IMG/VR virus record: IMGVR_UViG_3300030372_001698
Span: 1-48,576 of that record
Length of the DNA stretch: 48,576 nucleotides
Origin: a virus
Taxonomy: Duplodnaviria; Caudoviricetes
Direction: 5' to 3' (one strand)
Below the pieces are notes generated by a model. The model ran no database searches. It worked only from the letters and a program-made list of their open reading frames with translations, and was not told where the DNA came from. How positions within the stretch are numbered: position 1 is the stretch's first letter; each line of letters opens with the position of its first letter. Position numbers and translations under genes: made by a program. Positions 29,046 through 38,166 of this stretch are shown in pieces.

Positions 29046-29498
29046 CTACTTTTTCTTTTTATTTTTACGTTGTGCTCTATTAGCTTGTATCTTACGTTTC
29101 ATATTGCCTAGTTTAGATCCTCTTCCAACTTTACTTGTATAAGTAGCACCTTTTCTAGTTGTTTTTTTAACTCCAGTGGTGTATTTACGACCATCCCAAG
29201 TCATTGTTTTTTGACCTTTTTTACGAGCTGCTCTTAATTTAGCATTAAAGTCCTTGCCTTTAGCAGATCCTTTTGCATATTTAGGGTAATTACCGCCTTT
29301 AGTTTTAGTAACTCCTCTAACTGTTTTACGATCTACTTTGCCTTTGTATTTAGATACAATAGCTTTACCTCTATTCAAAAGAGATTTAGCTTTTTTCTTA
29401 ACTTTAGCTCCCGCTTTTTTCAACCTACTACCATCTAGTTTGATTTTCTTAGTTGGTCTTCCTTTTTTATTACCGTATGTGCCTTTACCTTGTGGCAT
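29046..29498 (-). CDS. highly Lys-rich basic protein
   Basis: AGGAGG RBS; MPQGKGTYG...GRP start; very high K content. Confidence 0.75.
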   Translation of the reverse strand: MPQGKGTYGNKKGRPTKKIKLDGSRLKKAGAKVKKKAKSLLNRGKAIVSKYKGKVDRKTVRGVTKTKGGNYPKYAKGSAKGKDFNAKLRAARKKGQKTMTWDGRKYTTGVKKTTRKGATYTSKVGRGSKLGNMKRKIQANRAQRKNKKKK

Positions 29499-29499
29499 C

Positions 29500-29640
29500 T
29501 TATCCTCCTTGGCCTACTGACCTTTTCTTGTAGTACTTTTTACTGTTTTTAGTACCGTACTTTGTTAAATTAGACATGCCTTGTCTAGTTTTTTTCTTGG
29601 TTTTCTTAAAAACCTCTTGACTTTTAAATATCTTTGCCAT
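29500..29640 (-). CDS. Lys-rich peptide (46 aa, MAKIFKSQ...SVGQGG)
   Basis: open frame ATG 29640 to TAA 29502-29500; promoter directly upstream. Confidence 0.65.
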   Translation of the reverse strand: MAKIFKSQEVFKKTKKKTRQGMSNLTKYGTKNSKKYYKKRSVGQGG

Positions 29641-29647
29641 TAACGTT

Positions 29648-29676
29648 AATATAGTTAAACATATATATATTTACAA
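29648..29676 (-). promoter_or_regulatory. sigma70-type promoter, probably leaderless
   Basis: TTGTAA-17 nt-TATATT, 7 nt before ATG 29640, no SD. Confidence 0.6.
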
Positions 29677-29677
29677 G

Positions 29678-30061
29678 TTATTTAATTACCTTCTTAATTT
29701 TATCAAATACTTCTTGTTCATCAAATTTCATTGATATACCAGGTTCATATCTCATTATTTCTTTTCCGTTTTCTAATATAAGTATAGTTGGTACTACTTT
29801 AATATTCCATTCTTTTTGTATTACCGCACCTATATTTTTATTAGTTAAATCTATTTCAGCAACATAACAAAGTTTTGATAACTTTTCTATATTAGCTCTA
29901 TTCTTATAATTCCAAGCTGCATTTACTTGCACTACTGCACAATTCTGTACATTCAAAAGTTGCACATCTTGGAAGCTGTCTAAATTAACTGACTGAGCAT
30001 GCAATGGCGATACCCATAGCAAAAGTCCAGCTAACCATGACATACCATAGTAATAGTTCAT
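29678..30061 (-). CDS. secreted thioredoxin-fold protein lacking CxxC
   Basis: signal peptide (…PLHA/QS), VVQVNAAWN in place of WCxxC, I..VPT cis-Pro motif, NGKEI.R. Confidence 0.65.
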   Translation of the reverse strand: MNYYYGMSWLAGLLLWVSPLHAQSVNLDSFQDVQLLNVQNCAVVQVNAAWNYKNRANIEKLSKLCYVAEIDLTNKNIGAVIQKEWNIKVVPTILILENGKEIMRYEPGISMKFDEQEVFDKIKKVIK

Positions 30062-30073
30062 CTCTGTACCTCA

Positions 30074-30370
30074 TTATTTGTTATTCATGTCTATAAGAGT
30101 TTCAGTGATAGCTCTAGTATCTTCTTTAATGTCATCTACTTTTTCTTCAAGCTTATCTACTTTACCCTCTGTGTTTAATATAGAATCACGAATCATCTGA
30201 TCTTTTAAATCATACTCCATACGTGAAACCTCAGGTTCTGGTAGTTCTTTAGCAAGTTCTATTTCTGCTTGCAAGGAATACCACATACCAATAATCATAC
30301 CTACAGTAACTAAAATACTAATTCCAGTTTCTAGAGATAATGTAAATTTAGTGTCTTTGCCTACTTCCAT
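30074..30370 (-). CDS. single-TM coiled-coil protein
   Basis: TM helix ISILVTVGMIIGMWY then coiled coil. Confidence 0.7.
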   Translation of the reverse strand: MEVGKDTKFTLSLETGISILVTVGMIIGMWYSLQAEIELAKELPEPEVSRMEYDLKDQMIRDSILNTEGKVDKLEEKVDDIKEDTRAITETLIDMNNK

Positions 30371-30387
30371 TTTATTCCCCTACGTTT

Positions 30388-30603
30388 TTATTTTTTATAT
30401 ACCTTTTCTGATGCAGAAATACCAAAAGAGCCTAAAGTCACCCAAACAAATGAATTATAAATATAATCATTTATCATAAGTTCTATTCCTATAATACCCA
30501 TTGCTAAATCTACAATACCAAATACGCACATAAGTGCAAATGAAAGAAATCCTATAATATTCTTTTCATTGTAATCGTTATCATCTTTAAATAAATCCCA
30601 CAT
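30388..30603 (-). CDS. two-TM small membrane protein (holin-like)
   Basis: two hydrophobic segments, basic C-terminus. Confidence 0.6.
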   Translation of the reverse strand: MWDLFKDDNDYNEKNIIGFLSFALMCVFGIVDLAMGIIGIELMINDYIYNSFVWVTLGSFGISASEKVYKK

Positions 30604-30611
30604 TTTTATTC

Positions 30612-31259
30612 CTATATATCATCACTATCTACTACCAATGAAGGTGCGTAGTATGTGTTCCCATTACCTAATAAATACCATTTTATTCTAGCTTCATCTG
30701 GTATTTCTAATGTCACCGTATCGTAACTAATTCTTTCTTGTCTATCAAATTGTTCTATTTCATGAACTTTTTTAATAGCTTTTACATCTCCATCATATTG
30801 ACTTTGATCTTGCAAGAAGTTATTATACCAAGTAAGTATAGTTCCTTCTTTACAATGCTGCATTATTCTAGTAGGAAAATATCTTTTATTTAACATATCT
30901 CCAAACCCGTCATAAAATACACCATCATACTTTCTATCAGTAGGTATATCATCATACCAATCCCCCTTGACTGGTATTACATTAGGCTTATCTTGTGCCC
31001 ACTCTACCAATGCATCGTATATATTATCATTGATTTCAATAATTGTATGTGATTCAATATCTTTTTCTTGTATTAAACCAGCACTAATTCCCATACCAAA
31101 ACCAAATTCTAATATATGTCCACCATTAGCACATACTATATCAGCATGTAATTGCATTATAGGTGTTTCCCAAGTAGACATTACATCCCACCCAGTAGCT
31201 TCGTCTATTATACAATTTTCTTTAATTGTATAATTTGCTGTATGTGCATAACCTTTCAT
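30612..31259 (-). CDS. class I SAM methyltransferase, GAMT/Rmt2-like
   Basis: VMSTWETPIM, GGHILEFGFGMGISA, HTIIE, GDW, YDGVFYD. Confidence 0.85.
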   Translation of the reverse strand: MKGYAHTANYTIKENCIIDEATGWDVMSTWETPIMQLHADIVCANGGHILEFGFGMGISAGLIQEKDIESHTIIEINDNIYDALVEWAQDKPNVIPVKGDWYDDIPTDRKYDGVFYDGFGDMLNKRYFPTRIMQHCKEGTILTWYNNFLQDQSQYDGDVKAIKKVHEIEQFDRQERISYDTVTLEIPDEARIKWYLLGNGNTYYAPSLVVDSDDI

Positions 31260-31567
31260 CGACCAGGACCTCCACCAGCAACGTGTTCTCCACCTATAAG
31301 CTCAGACATTTTATACGGTGCTTGTTCTATAGCCGCTGTTTGAGATGCTGTAATATCTGCTTGAGTAGATTGAAAATCACTGTTAGTACCACCAATCTTA
31401 TCAAATGTATCTCCAGGGCCACCATCTGTTGCGAAAGTCATACCTTCTCCACCAGTAGATAGTCCTTTTAAACTAATATCTGCTGTTTCCTGAACAACAG
31501 TAGCTTCACCTACTGCCGAGCCATGACTAAACAATCCTACATTAGTACTTCCTACTGTAACGCCCAT
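31256..31567 (-). CDS. hypothetical Gly/Thr-rich tail-associated protein
   Basis: downstream of tail fibre, coupled genes. Confidence 0.6.
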   Translation of the reverse strand: MGVTVGSTNVGLFSHGSAVGEATVVQETADISLKGLSTGGEGMTFATDGGPGDTFDKIGGTNSDFQSTQADITASQTAAIEQAPYKMSELIGGEHVAGGGPGR

Positions 31568-31569
31568 TA

Positions 31570-31806
31570 TTAGCCTTTAATTTTTTTATATTCTACTAAA
31601 TCAGCATCCAATTCTGCTATTTTTGCTTCAAGACTTGCTTTCTCAGCTTCTGCATCAGAAATAGCTACATCTACACCTTTAGTTTCTTCCCAATCCAAAA
31701 CAGTAACATCATTACCATTTGCATTTTTCATTACTTTAGTATGTTGAATTTTAACCATTTTTGTTGCTTCTGCTGCAGCGTCTACCGCATTTATTACTTT
31801 AGCCAT
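31570..31806 (-). CDS. hypothetical protein, possible tail-fibre assembly factor
   Basis: follows fibre gene; C-terminal coiled coil. Confidence 0.6.
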   Translation of the reverse strand: MAKVINAVDAAAEATKMVKIQHTKVMKNANGNDVTVLDWEETKGVDVAISDAEAEKASLEAKIAELDADLVEYKKIKG

Positions 31807-34800
31807 TTAACTTCTCCTTGAGTTCGTTTATTTGTTGTTGTTGTTCTTGTACTGCTTTAATTAATACAGCAGTCAATTTTTCATAATCCAAAGTTTTTAT
31901 ATTTTCATCAAAATGTTTTTTATCTTTTACAATTTCAGGAATTACTTCTTCTACTTCTTGAGCTATAAATCCTATATCGTGTCTATCGTCTTTTTTCCAG
32001 TCATATTCTTTTGGATTTAGTTTCATAACGGTTTCTAAACCATAATTAATTTCTTTAATATTAGTTTTTAATTTTTTGTCTGATGGTGTTGTAGAAAACG
32101 CAATTACATCTTGGTCAAAATGACAATCTCCACCAGACTCTAATCTAATTCTTTCTGTTCCGCTTATACCTCCAGTATAAAATTGCATAGGGTCACTACC
32201 CCCTGCATAAAATTGTAATTCGTGTGAAGCTGCTCCTATTTTTAGCCCACCACTACCATTGTCAAATATTCTTTGGTCATTAGCAAATTGTATTTTTACT
32301 GGTTGTGTAATAAGTAATGTACCATCTGCTAGATACATTTGTTCTTCTCCAGCAGTACTAAATCCTATTTGATTAGCTGCTTTACGATACATACCAGTAT
32401 CAGTATCATTGTAAAAACTTAATGTAGGAGCACCTGCAGAACCATTACCTACTTGCGATGCACCCATTGTATAAGAAGTACCACTACCGCCTATTTGAAA
32501 TAACAACTCTCCACCAGTTAATGAAGTAGCGTGTCTTCTAATATCAAATGTTTCAGCACCATCATTGTTATTACTATCTAAATTAATAGTAACGTCATCA
32601 TAACTACTAATAATTATATTGTCAGAATCACTTCTTATAGAATGTTCATTTGCAGTTCCATAACTATCTCTATCCCAAGTAAATTGTACCCCACCTACTC
32701 TTTGTATGTATGCACCTTGAGAACTACCATCGCTTCTTAACTCTAAATCTCCATCAGCTTGTATAGTTAGCATACGAGTTCCGCCATTTGTAAAATCTAT
32801 TGTATCAGCAGCACCACGATACATACCAGTATTTCTACTTGCTAAGAAACTATAAGAAGGAGAACCAACTGCGCCACTTTGTACTAATGTTTGATTTCCG
32901 TCATCATAATAATTAGTTTGCATATTAACAACTTCAGTACCTGGTAATGATGTAACTTCTGATTGGTCGTGATTCCAAGTAACATTAAATTTACCTTCAC
33001 TAGGATAGTGCACTTCAGTAGCTACGTTATAAAAATTATTAACCCAACCTTGATTCAAATCATAATATAATTCATAAGTACAAGTACCATTATCTATTTC
33101 TCCATCTCCACCAGTTCTTTGTACAAATATATTGCTAATCCAATGTGCACCTTTAGACATCATATATCCACCGTGTGCTATTTGCGCACTATCTAAAGCA
33201 GCATTAAACCATACAGACCAATCAATACTATTACCATGGTTATTATCTCCATTTAATATAGTACCACTTAAGTTTAATCCATTATAATTAGTTGGACTAT
33301 TATCTACTACAACTGTACAAAATTTAATATAAAATGTAGCTGCATTACTTGAATTTGTATGTCCATTACTTCTAACTGTAATGTGATCTACTCCAGTCCA
33401 ACCATTGTAATTAACTCTACCATCACTAGAAACTCTAAACTTTTCTCCATTTGCACATATAATTCTTGAATACCCATCTGAAATATCTATTCTATTAGCA
33501 GTAGAAGTTGTTCTTCTTAAACTTAAATCTTCATCATACGAAGTAACAATACCACTATCTACTGTAATTCCATAATTAAAATAAAATTTACCTCTATCAG
33601 TATTTATATGTCCCCAGCCATCATTAGCTGGTCCTAATTCTATGTATCCATGGTCAGTTGTAAATCTATGATAATTTCCAGATGCTGCATGAAAATGTAC
33701 TCTATCATCATCTACATACATTTCTCCATAATCACTTGTATCTCCTGGTTGATATAATCTTAATTTATTATCATTTTGTAATTGCATAGCAAGTTCATCA
33801 CTACCAGCTCTTGAAGTCCAAAATCTTAAATGTCCAGCTCTACCTCCAGAACTTCCATCTACAAGATAACCTGATATTCTTGCCATAGCTGTTGTTGAAC
33901 TATCTTGATTATGCCCAAATGTTAAACTTCCTCCATTACCAGCACTAGTACCTGTGTTTCTTAATTCAAAAATAGGATTAGTATTATAACCCATTTTTGC
34001 ACTACCAGTTTCAGACATTAGAAACATTACTTTACTTGTTGTTCTATTATAAAAATATAATTGGGAACTATCTTGTTCTATACTTACTACATCAGCACCA
34101 CTTCTAGTAAATCTAATCATGTGGTCGCCATTACCAACTACTCTTAAATCTCCATTTATATCTAATTTAAAACTTGGAGAACCTTGATTTATACCAACTT
34201 TATCAGCTGAAGCATCTACTTTGAAAAGATTTGGTTCTGTATCACCTTCTGCTCTAAAATCTGCATTATGTCCACCTTCATTAACAGCTAATCCATATTG
34301 TAATACTGTATTACCAGAAACTCCTAAATCTCCTACAACACTTGCTCCACTTGTATTTACATAAAATCTTTGAGTACCGCTTGTGCTACCTATAGTTGCT
34401 CCAGTTCTAAAACTAAAAGTATCTCCAGTATTATATAGTGCTATTGTTGAATTTTGTTCTTTAAATAATAATCTTGATGATATATCAGCATTACTTCCAT
34501 CTTGATTAATAACTAATCCATGTACACCGCTTGCTGTAATATCAAGAGTTGAATCTGGAGATGTGCTATTAATACCAATTTGTGATGCACTTCCATCAAT
34601 ATACATTTTAGAGCTACCATTAACCTGGAAATTCCAATCTCCTGATGCGTGCGTGGTATTAAATATACCTACACCACTACCATTTGAATAAAAGCCTACT
34701 CTATTTCCCCAATCATTGCCATCATATAAACTCCAAAAACCATTGTTTTCTCCAGCACTATAGCCACCATCTACTAATAAAGATACTTGTCCATTATTTG

Positions 34801-35317
34801 GATGGTCTCTTTGTATTGATAGCTCTCCACTATTTATAGTTAATCCTTTATATCTACTTCCACCAAATCCTGCACCATTCCAAGTTCCACTATTTTCAAT
34901 AGCATTAGCCGAATAGCCATATGCTTCAATCTTTTCTTTAATAGCTCCAGAAGTCATTAAGTGGTCATCGGTATCAACGAACTCAGAACCAATATCAATG
35001 TCATTAACTGCGTGTCCAGCAAGTGATAGGTTTCCTGTTGTTGTAAATCCAGCAGCTGTTATTGTTCCACTTGTAGTGTCATTAGCATCATTTTTTAGAA
35101 AAGCATCATCTACATTGAAAGTAGTCCCTGATAAGGATATGTTTGTTCCTGCTGAATAAGAGCTACCACCGACTTCACGCATAGTTCCGTTATCGTTAAT
35201 ATATAACTTATTATTCGTGTAATCCCAAGCTAACTCGTAGGGCCAAACACCGTTTGACCCATCAGCTCCAGCTACAGGTGCACCATCACCACGTTTTATT
35301 TTAACTGCACTAGCCAT
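31799..35317 (-). CDS. long tail fibre/spike with C-terminal intramolecular chaperone (Peptidase S74)
   Basis: Gly/Asn/Ser-rich repeats (GIN...P...LDI, GAPTLSF..DTDTGMYR); SDKKLKTNI...GFIAQEVE...LDYEKL...AVQE. Confidence 0.9.
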   Translation of the reverse strand: MASAVKIKRGDGAPVAGADGSNGVWPYELAWDYTNNKLYINDNGTMREVGGSSYSAGTNISLSGTTFNVDDAFLKNDANDTTSGTITAAGFTTTGNLSLAGHAVNDIDIGSEFVDTDDHLMTSGAIKEKIEAYGYSANAIENSGTWNGAGFGGSRYKGLTINSGELSIQRDHPNNGQVSLLVDGGYSAGENNGFWSLYDGNDWGNRVGFYSNGSGVGIFNTTHASGDWNFQVNGSSKMYIDGSASQIGINSTSPDSTLDITASGVHGLVINQDGSNADISSRLLFKEQNSTIALYNTGDTFSFRTGATIGSTSGTQRFYVNTSGASVVGDLGVSGNTVLQYGLAVNEGGHNADFRAEGDTEPNLFKVDASADKVGINQGSPSFKLDINGDLRVVGNGDHMIRFTRSGADVVSIEQDSSQLYFYNRTTSKVMFLMSETGSAKMGYNTNPIFELRNTGTSAGNGGSLTFGHNQDSSTTAMARISGYLVDGSSGGRAGHLRFWTSRAGSDELAMQLQNDNKLRLYQPGDTSDYGEMYVDDDRVHFHAASGNYHRFTTDHGYIELGPANDGWGHINTDRGKFYFNYGITVDSGIVTSYDEDLSLRRTTSTANRIDISDGYSRIICANGEKFRVSSDGRVNYNGWTGVDHITVRSNGHTNSSNAATFYIKFCTVVVDNSPTNYNGLNLSGTILNGDNNHGNSIDWSVWFNAALDSAQIAHGGYMMSKGAHWISNIFVQRTGGDGEIDNGTCTYELYYDLNQGWVNNFYNVATEVHYPSEGKFNVTWNHDQSEVTSLPGTEVVNMQTNYYDDGNQTLVQSGAVGSPSYSFLASRNTGMYRGAADTIDFTNGGTRMLTIQADGDLELRSDGSSQGAYIQRVGGVQFTWDRDSYGTANEHSIRSDSDNIIISSYDDVTINLDSNNNDGAETFDIRRHATSLTGGELLFQIGGSGTSYTMGASQVGNGSAGAPTLSFYNDTDTGMYRKAANQIGFSTAGEEQMYLADGTLLITQPVKIQFANDQRIFDNGSGGLKIGAASHELQFYAGGSDPMQFYTGGISGTERIRLESGGDCHFDQDVIAFSTTPSDKKLKTNIKEINYGLETVMKLNPKEYDWKKDDRHDIGFIAQEVEEVIPEIVKDKKHFDENIKTLDYEKLTAVLIKAVQEQQQQINELKEKLNG

Positions 35318-35326
35318 TATAACCTA

Positions 35327-36142
35327 TTAGTTAGCGTATGTTCCAAGATCTATTGTAACATTTGTTATAGTAGAAGTATCTAAGTTAGCTACTAGAGTTC
35401 CCTTAGTAAATCCACTCATATTACCAGTGCTAGAAGCTGTTGCTGTTGTAGTTCCTAAAGTCCATTTATCTGCACTTTCATCAAAGAATATTGTAGCATT
35501 ATCACCTGTAGAACCACGTTCTATAATAAGACCACAATCATTTGCATTACTTCCTGCTCCACTATTTAATTCCATTAATGGATCACTTACTGTAGTGTTA
35601 GTAGTATTTACAGTAGTTGTTGTACCACTTACTGTAAGATTACCGCTAACTGTTAAATTTTGTGCAATAGTAATACTATTAGCTAATTTATCTCCATCAA
35701 CTGCATCATTTGCAATATGTGCTGTATCAATAGAACCATCTACATATTGGTCACTATCTACAGAATTAGCTGACATATGTGCTAAATCTATAGCTCCATT
35801 TGCTATATGTTCACTATCTACTGCATCGTCTGCTAATTTTGCTCCAGTAACTGCATCAGCAGCTAACTCAGCTGTTGCTACTCCAAGATCTTTAATTTGT
35901 ACTGCACCACTACTAACTGTAAAATTATTTGTAGAAAAAGATGCTTTACCTTTAGTACTTGAAGATGCATCAGGAATATTAACTTCTAATTCTGTTACTG
36001 TTACCGTATCACTTGCTGTTTGTTTACCTATGTATAATTTGCCAGCAGCATTATCCCATGCCAACTCACCATACAACAAAGAAGCTGGTGCTCCAGCACT
36101 TGCACCATATACGCTCTTTTTAATCTGTAATGTACTTGCCAT
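35327..36142 (-). CDS. short tail fibre/whisker
   Basis: N-terminal GELAWD...KLYIG; 10-residue repeats (VTGAKLADDA/VDSEHIANGA/IDLAHMSANS); GNLTVSGTTTTVNT. Confidence 0.75.
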   Translation of the reverse strand: MASTLQIKKSVYGASAGAPASLLYGELAWDNAAGKLYIGKQTASDTVTVTELEVNIPDASSSTKGKASFSTNNFTVSSGAVQIKDLGVATAELAADAVTGAKLADDAVDSEHIANGAIDLAHMSANSVDSDQYVDGSIDTAHIANDAVDGDKLANSITIAQNLTVSGNLTVSGTTTTVNTTNTTVSDPLMELNSGAGSNANDCGLIIERGSTGDNATIFFDESADKWTLGTTTATASSTGNMSGFTKGTLVANLDTSTITNVTIDLGTYAN

Positions 36143-36152
36143 TTATCTCTCC

Positions 36153-36410
36153 TTATGGTTGATAGCTGCCGCCATCTATTGCCTCATTTTGCAAAAGAAC
36201 ATCTGCGTCTTTTACACTTATTGTTGTAGTGCCATTGCTTGTACTAGTTTGAATACCAGTTCCTGCTGCAATATTATCTGTTAATCCATCGGCAGATGTA
36301 ATTTGTACGTCTGCACTACCGTTATCAATTTTTAATTTATTATCGTCATAAAAAACAATTTTCTTATATACATCTTTAATTTTATTTGGTCCTGTTAAAC
36401 TTCCACCCAT
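36153..36410 (-). CDS. small structural protein
   Basis: IAAGTGI fibre-type motif, C-terminal IDGGSY. Confidence 0.6.
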   Translation of the reverse strand: MGGSLTGPNKIKDVYKKIVFYDDNKLKIDNGSADVQITSADGLTDNIAAGTGIQTSTSNGTTTISVKDADVLLQNEAIDGGSYQP

Positions 36411-36706
36411 TATGTTGTCACTCCTATATCGTCATATGTTGGTTCATTTACACTTACTACATCACTATAACTAGCATCACTAGGTATAGAAACATTGCTA
36501 AAAGTATGTACACTTCTTGTTATATCTGTATAAATACTACTACTTGGATCTGTTATAACTGTTAAAGTAACATCTGCTGGTATTGCTACGTCTGCAAAAT
36601 TACCATCAGTGTTATCATTAAAATGTTGTATTAATGAATCAAACGATACATTAATATCACTTAATGCAGCTAAACCAAAGTTTCCTTTTTTCCACGTATT
36701 AGCCAT
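36410..36706 (-). CDS. small acidic structural protein
   Basis: TAATG coupling; repeated F/Y.D motifs. Confidence 0.6.
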   Translation of the reverse strand: MANTWKKGNFGLAALSDINVSFDSLIQHFNDNTDGNFADVAIPADVTLTVITDPSSSIYTDITRSVHTFSNVSIPSDASYSDVVSVNEPTYDDIGVTT

Positions 36707-36834
36707 TATTTCTTTTTAACAATCTTTTTAATTTTACCATTATGAGTTCTAGCAAACTTATGTTTTTTAGTTTCACGTATAAGTGTACCATAATAAGTTT
36801 TGCCGCCCCATTTCCAACTAACTCTTTTAGTCAT
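36706..36834 (-). CDS. Lys-rich peptide (42 aa, MTKRVSWKWGGK...)
   Basis: AGGAG RBS; TAATG coupling to the next gene. Confidence 0.7.
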   Translation of the reverse strand: MTKRVSWKWGGKTYYGTLIRETKKHKFARTHNGKIKKIVKKK

Positions 36835-36842
36835 TATATCTC

Positions 36843-37253
36843 CTAAAAACTATGCTGTTTAACTGTAGTAGCTCCAGATACTCTACCTCTACTCTTAAAT
36901 GTTTTTGCTTCTTTTATACCACGTTCAAATTTATTTTCAAAATATAAAGCCTGTTGCACACCATCTTGAGTTTGTTCATACCCAAGTTGTATAGCTTTAT
37001 CAACTAAATACTGATGAAACTGTGTAGGCAATTCACTTTGTTCTGTCATTGCACTACTACCATCATCTAATGTATTAAAATGATCTGCTTTTTTATGGTA
37101 AAATAAAGTAATCTTTCTTACATCTGTTGGTGATGCAAACTGATCTTTCTGTTCTTCCATAGGGTCATGCAATGCAATGCCAATAGAATCTCTTTCTACC
37201 CACCATACCCATTGCTTAGTTGTTCTGTCGTATATTGTATTATAATTTGGCAT
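36843..37253 (-). CDS. head-tail adaptor-like protein, C-terminal half
   Basis: IGI...ITLFY...ELPTQFHQYLV..A...Y...F...F pattern of podoviral adaptors. Confidence 0.55.
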   Translation of the reverse strand: MPNYNTIYDRTTKQWVWWVERDSIGIALHDPMEEQKDQFASPTDVRKITLFYHKKADHFNTLDDGSSAMTEQSELPTQFHQYLVDKAIQLGYEQTQDGVQQALYFENKFERGIKEAKTFKSRGRVSGATTVKQHSF

Positions 37254-37254
37254 C

Positions 37255-37503
37255 TTAACATTCCCACTTTCTTAACGATTTATTAATTCTTGAATTAGGG
37301 TCTCTTTGTTTTTTAACTCCAGTTCGTTTTTTTTTCATACCTCTCATACGTGCACAAAAAGAATTCTTTCTAGATCCACCTTCTGGTTGAGGAGCTTTTA
37401 AATTTCCTCCAGTTTCTTTATTATAAGAATCTCTACCTTTTTGGTTTAAACCTCCATCAGGATTCTTACCTTCTTTTCTTTGCCATGCTGGTGATTTAGC
37501 CAT
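37255..37503 (-). CDS. basic phage protein (AWQRKEGKNP.GGLN...SFCARM type)
   Basis: motif pattern recalled from uncharacterised environmental phage proteins. Confidence 0.75.
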   Translation of the reverse strand: MAKSPAWQRKEGKNPDGGLNQKGRDSYNKETGGNLKAPQPEGGSRKNSFCARMRGMKKKRTGVKKQRDPNSRINKSLRKWEC

Positions 37504-37781
37504 TATTCTTTAATCCTTTTTTTCTTAAAACTGTTTGTATTTCCTGCAGCTTTTTTCTTTGCTGTTTCTCTTCTTCTTTTTGCTTCACGAATTTTTTTTA
37601 GTTGTTCATCAGTCATTCGATTTTTCCTAACAAAACCATGTGTAGCATTAGCAGCTTTTAACTTTTTACGTTTAACTGGCTTTCCACTTTTTTTTGATTT
37701 TCCCTTGTACTTTTTTCCTGCCCACTTGTCTGTATTAGATCCAGCCGTAGATCTAATCATATAATCTTCTGCTTTTGCCAT
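37503..37781 (-). CDS. Lys-rich basic protein
   Basis: TAATG coupling at both ends. Confidence 0.7.
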   Translation of the reverse strand: MAKAEDYMIRSTAGSNTDKWAGKKYKGKSKKSGKPVKRKKLKAANATHGFVRKNRMTDEQLKKIREAKRRRETAKKKAAGNTNSFKKKRIKE

Positions 37782-37888
37782 TATTTACCTACCTTTTTTA
37801 ACTCAATCATTATTACTTCTGATTTGTTTTTAACATTTGTTCTGTCAGGCATTCCTAAAGTTGCTATTTTTTTTACTGTTTTTACCAT
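37781..37888 (-). CDS. Lys-rich peptide (35 aa, MVKTVKKIATLG...)
   Basis: TAATG coupling at both ends. Confidence 0.6.
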   Translation of the reverse strand: MVKTVKKIATLGMPDRTNVKNKSEVIMIELKKVGK

Positions 37889-38166
37889 TACGTTAAGTCC
37901 CTATATTCTGGTCTACCCATTAACCTGTTAATCTTTACCGTATTACCATCGTCATCAACGATATCTACACTTTTAATTTCTAAAATACTTTCTTTTAAAC
38001 CATAATATCTTTGATCAGCTACTGTATCAAACTGAGTAGCTTCATCCAATATTAATGTTCTAGAACAAAACTCATCTGATGCTTGGTTTAGTAAATGTAT
38101 AATTTCATTACTGCCAAGATCTGGATGATGTTTTCTAACCAACTCTATCATCTGCTGGAGTTTCAT
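37888..38166 (-). CDS. head-tail adaptor-like protein, N-terminal half
   Basis: I..LLNQA..EFC..T.IL...TVADQRYY.L...ILEI..V pattern. Confidence 0.55.
   Translation of the reverse strand: MKLQQMIELVRKHHPDLGSNEIIHLLNQASDEFCSRTLILDEATQFDTVADQRYYGLKESILEIKSVDIVDDDGNTVKINRLMGRPEYRDLT

Noticed and set aside
35427-36284. 285-aa plus-strand ORF
   Set aside because: Antisense shadow of the repetitive tail-fibre gene; no RBS, composition mirrors the opposite-strand codons
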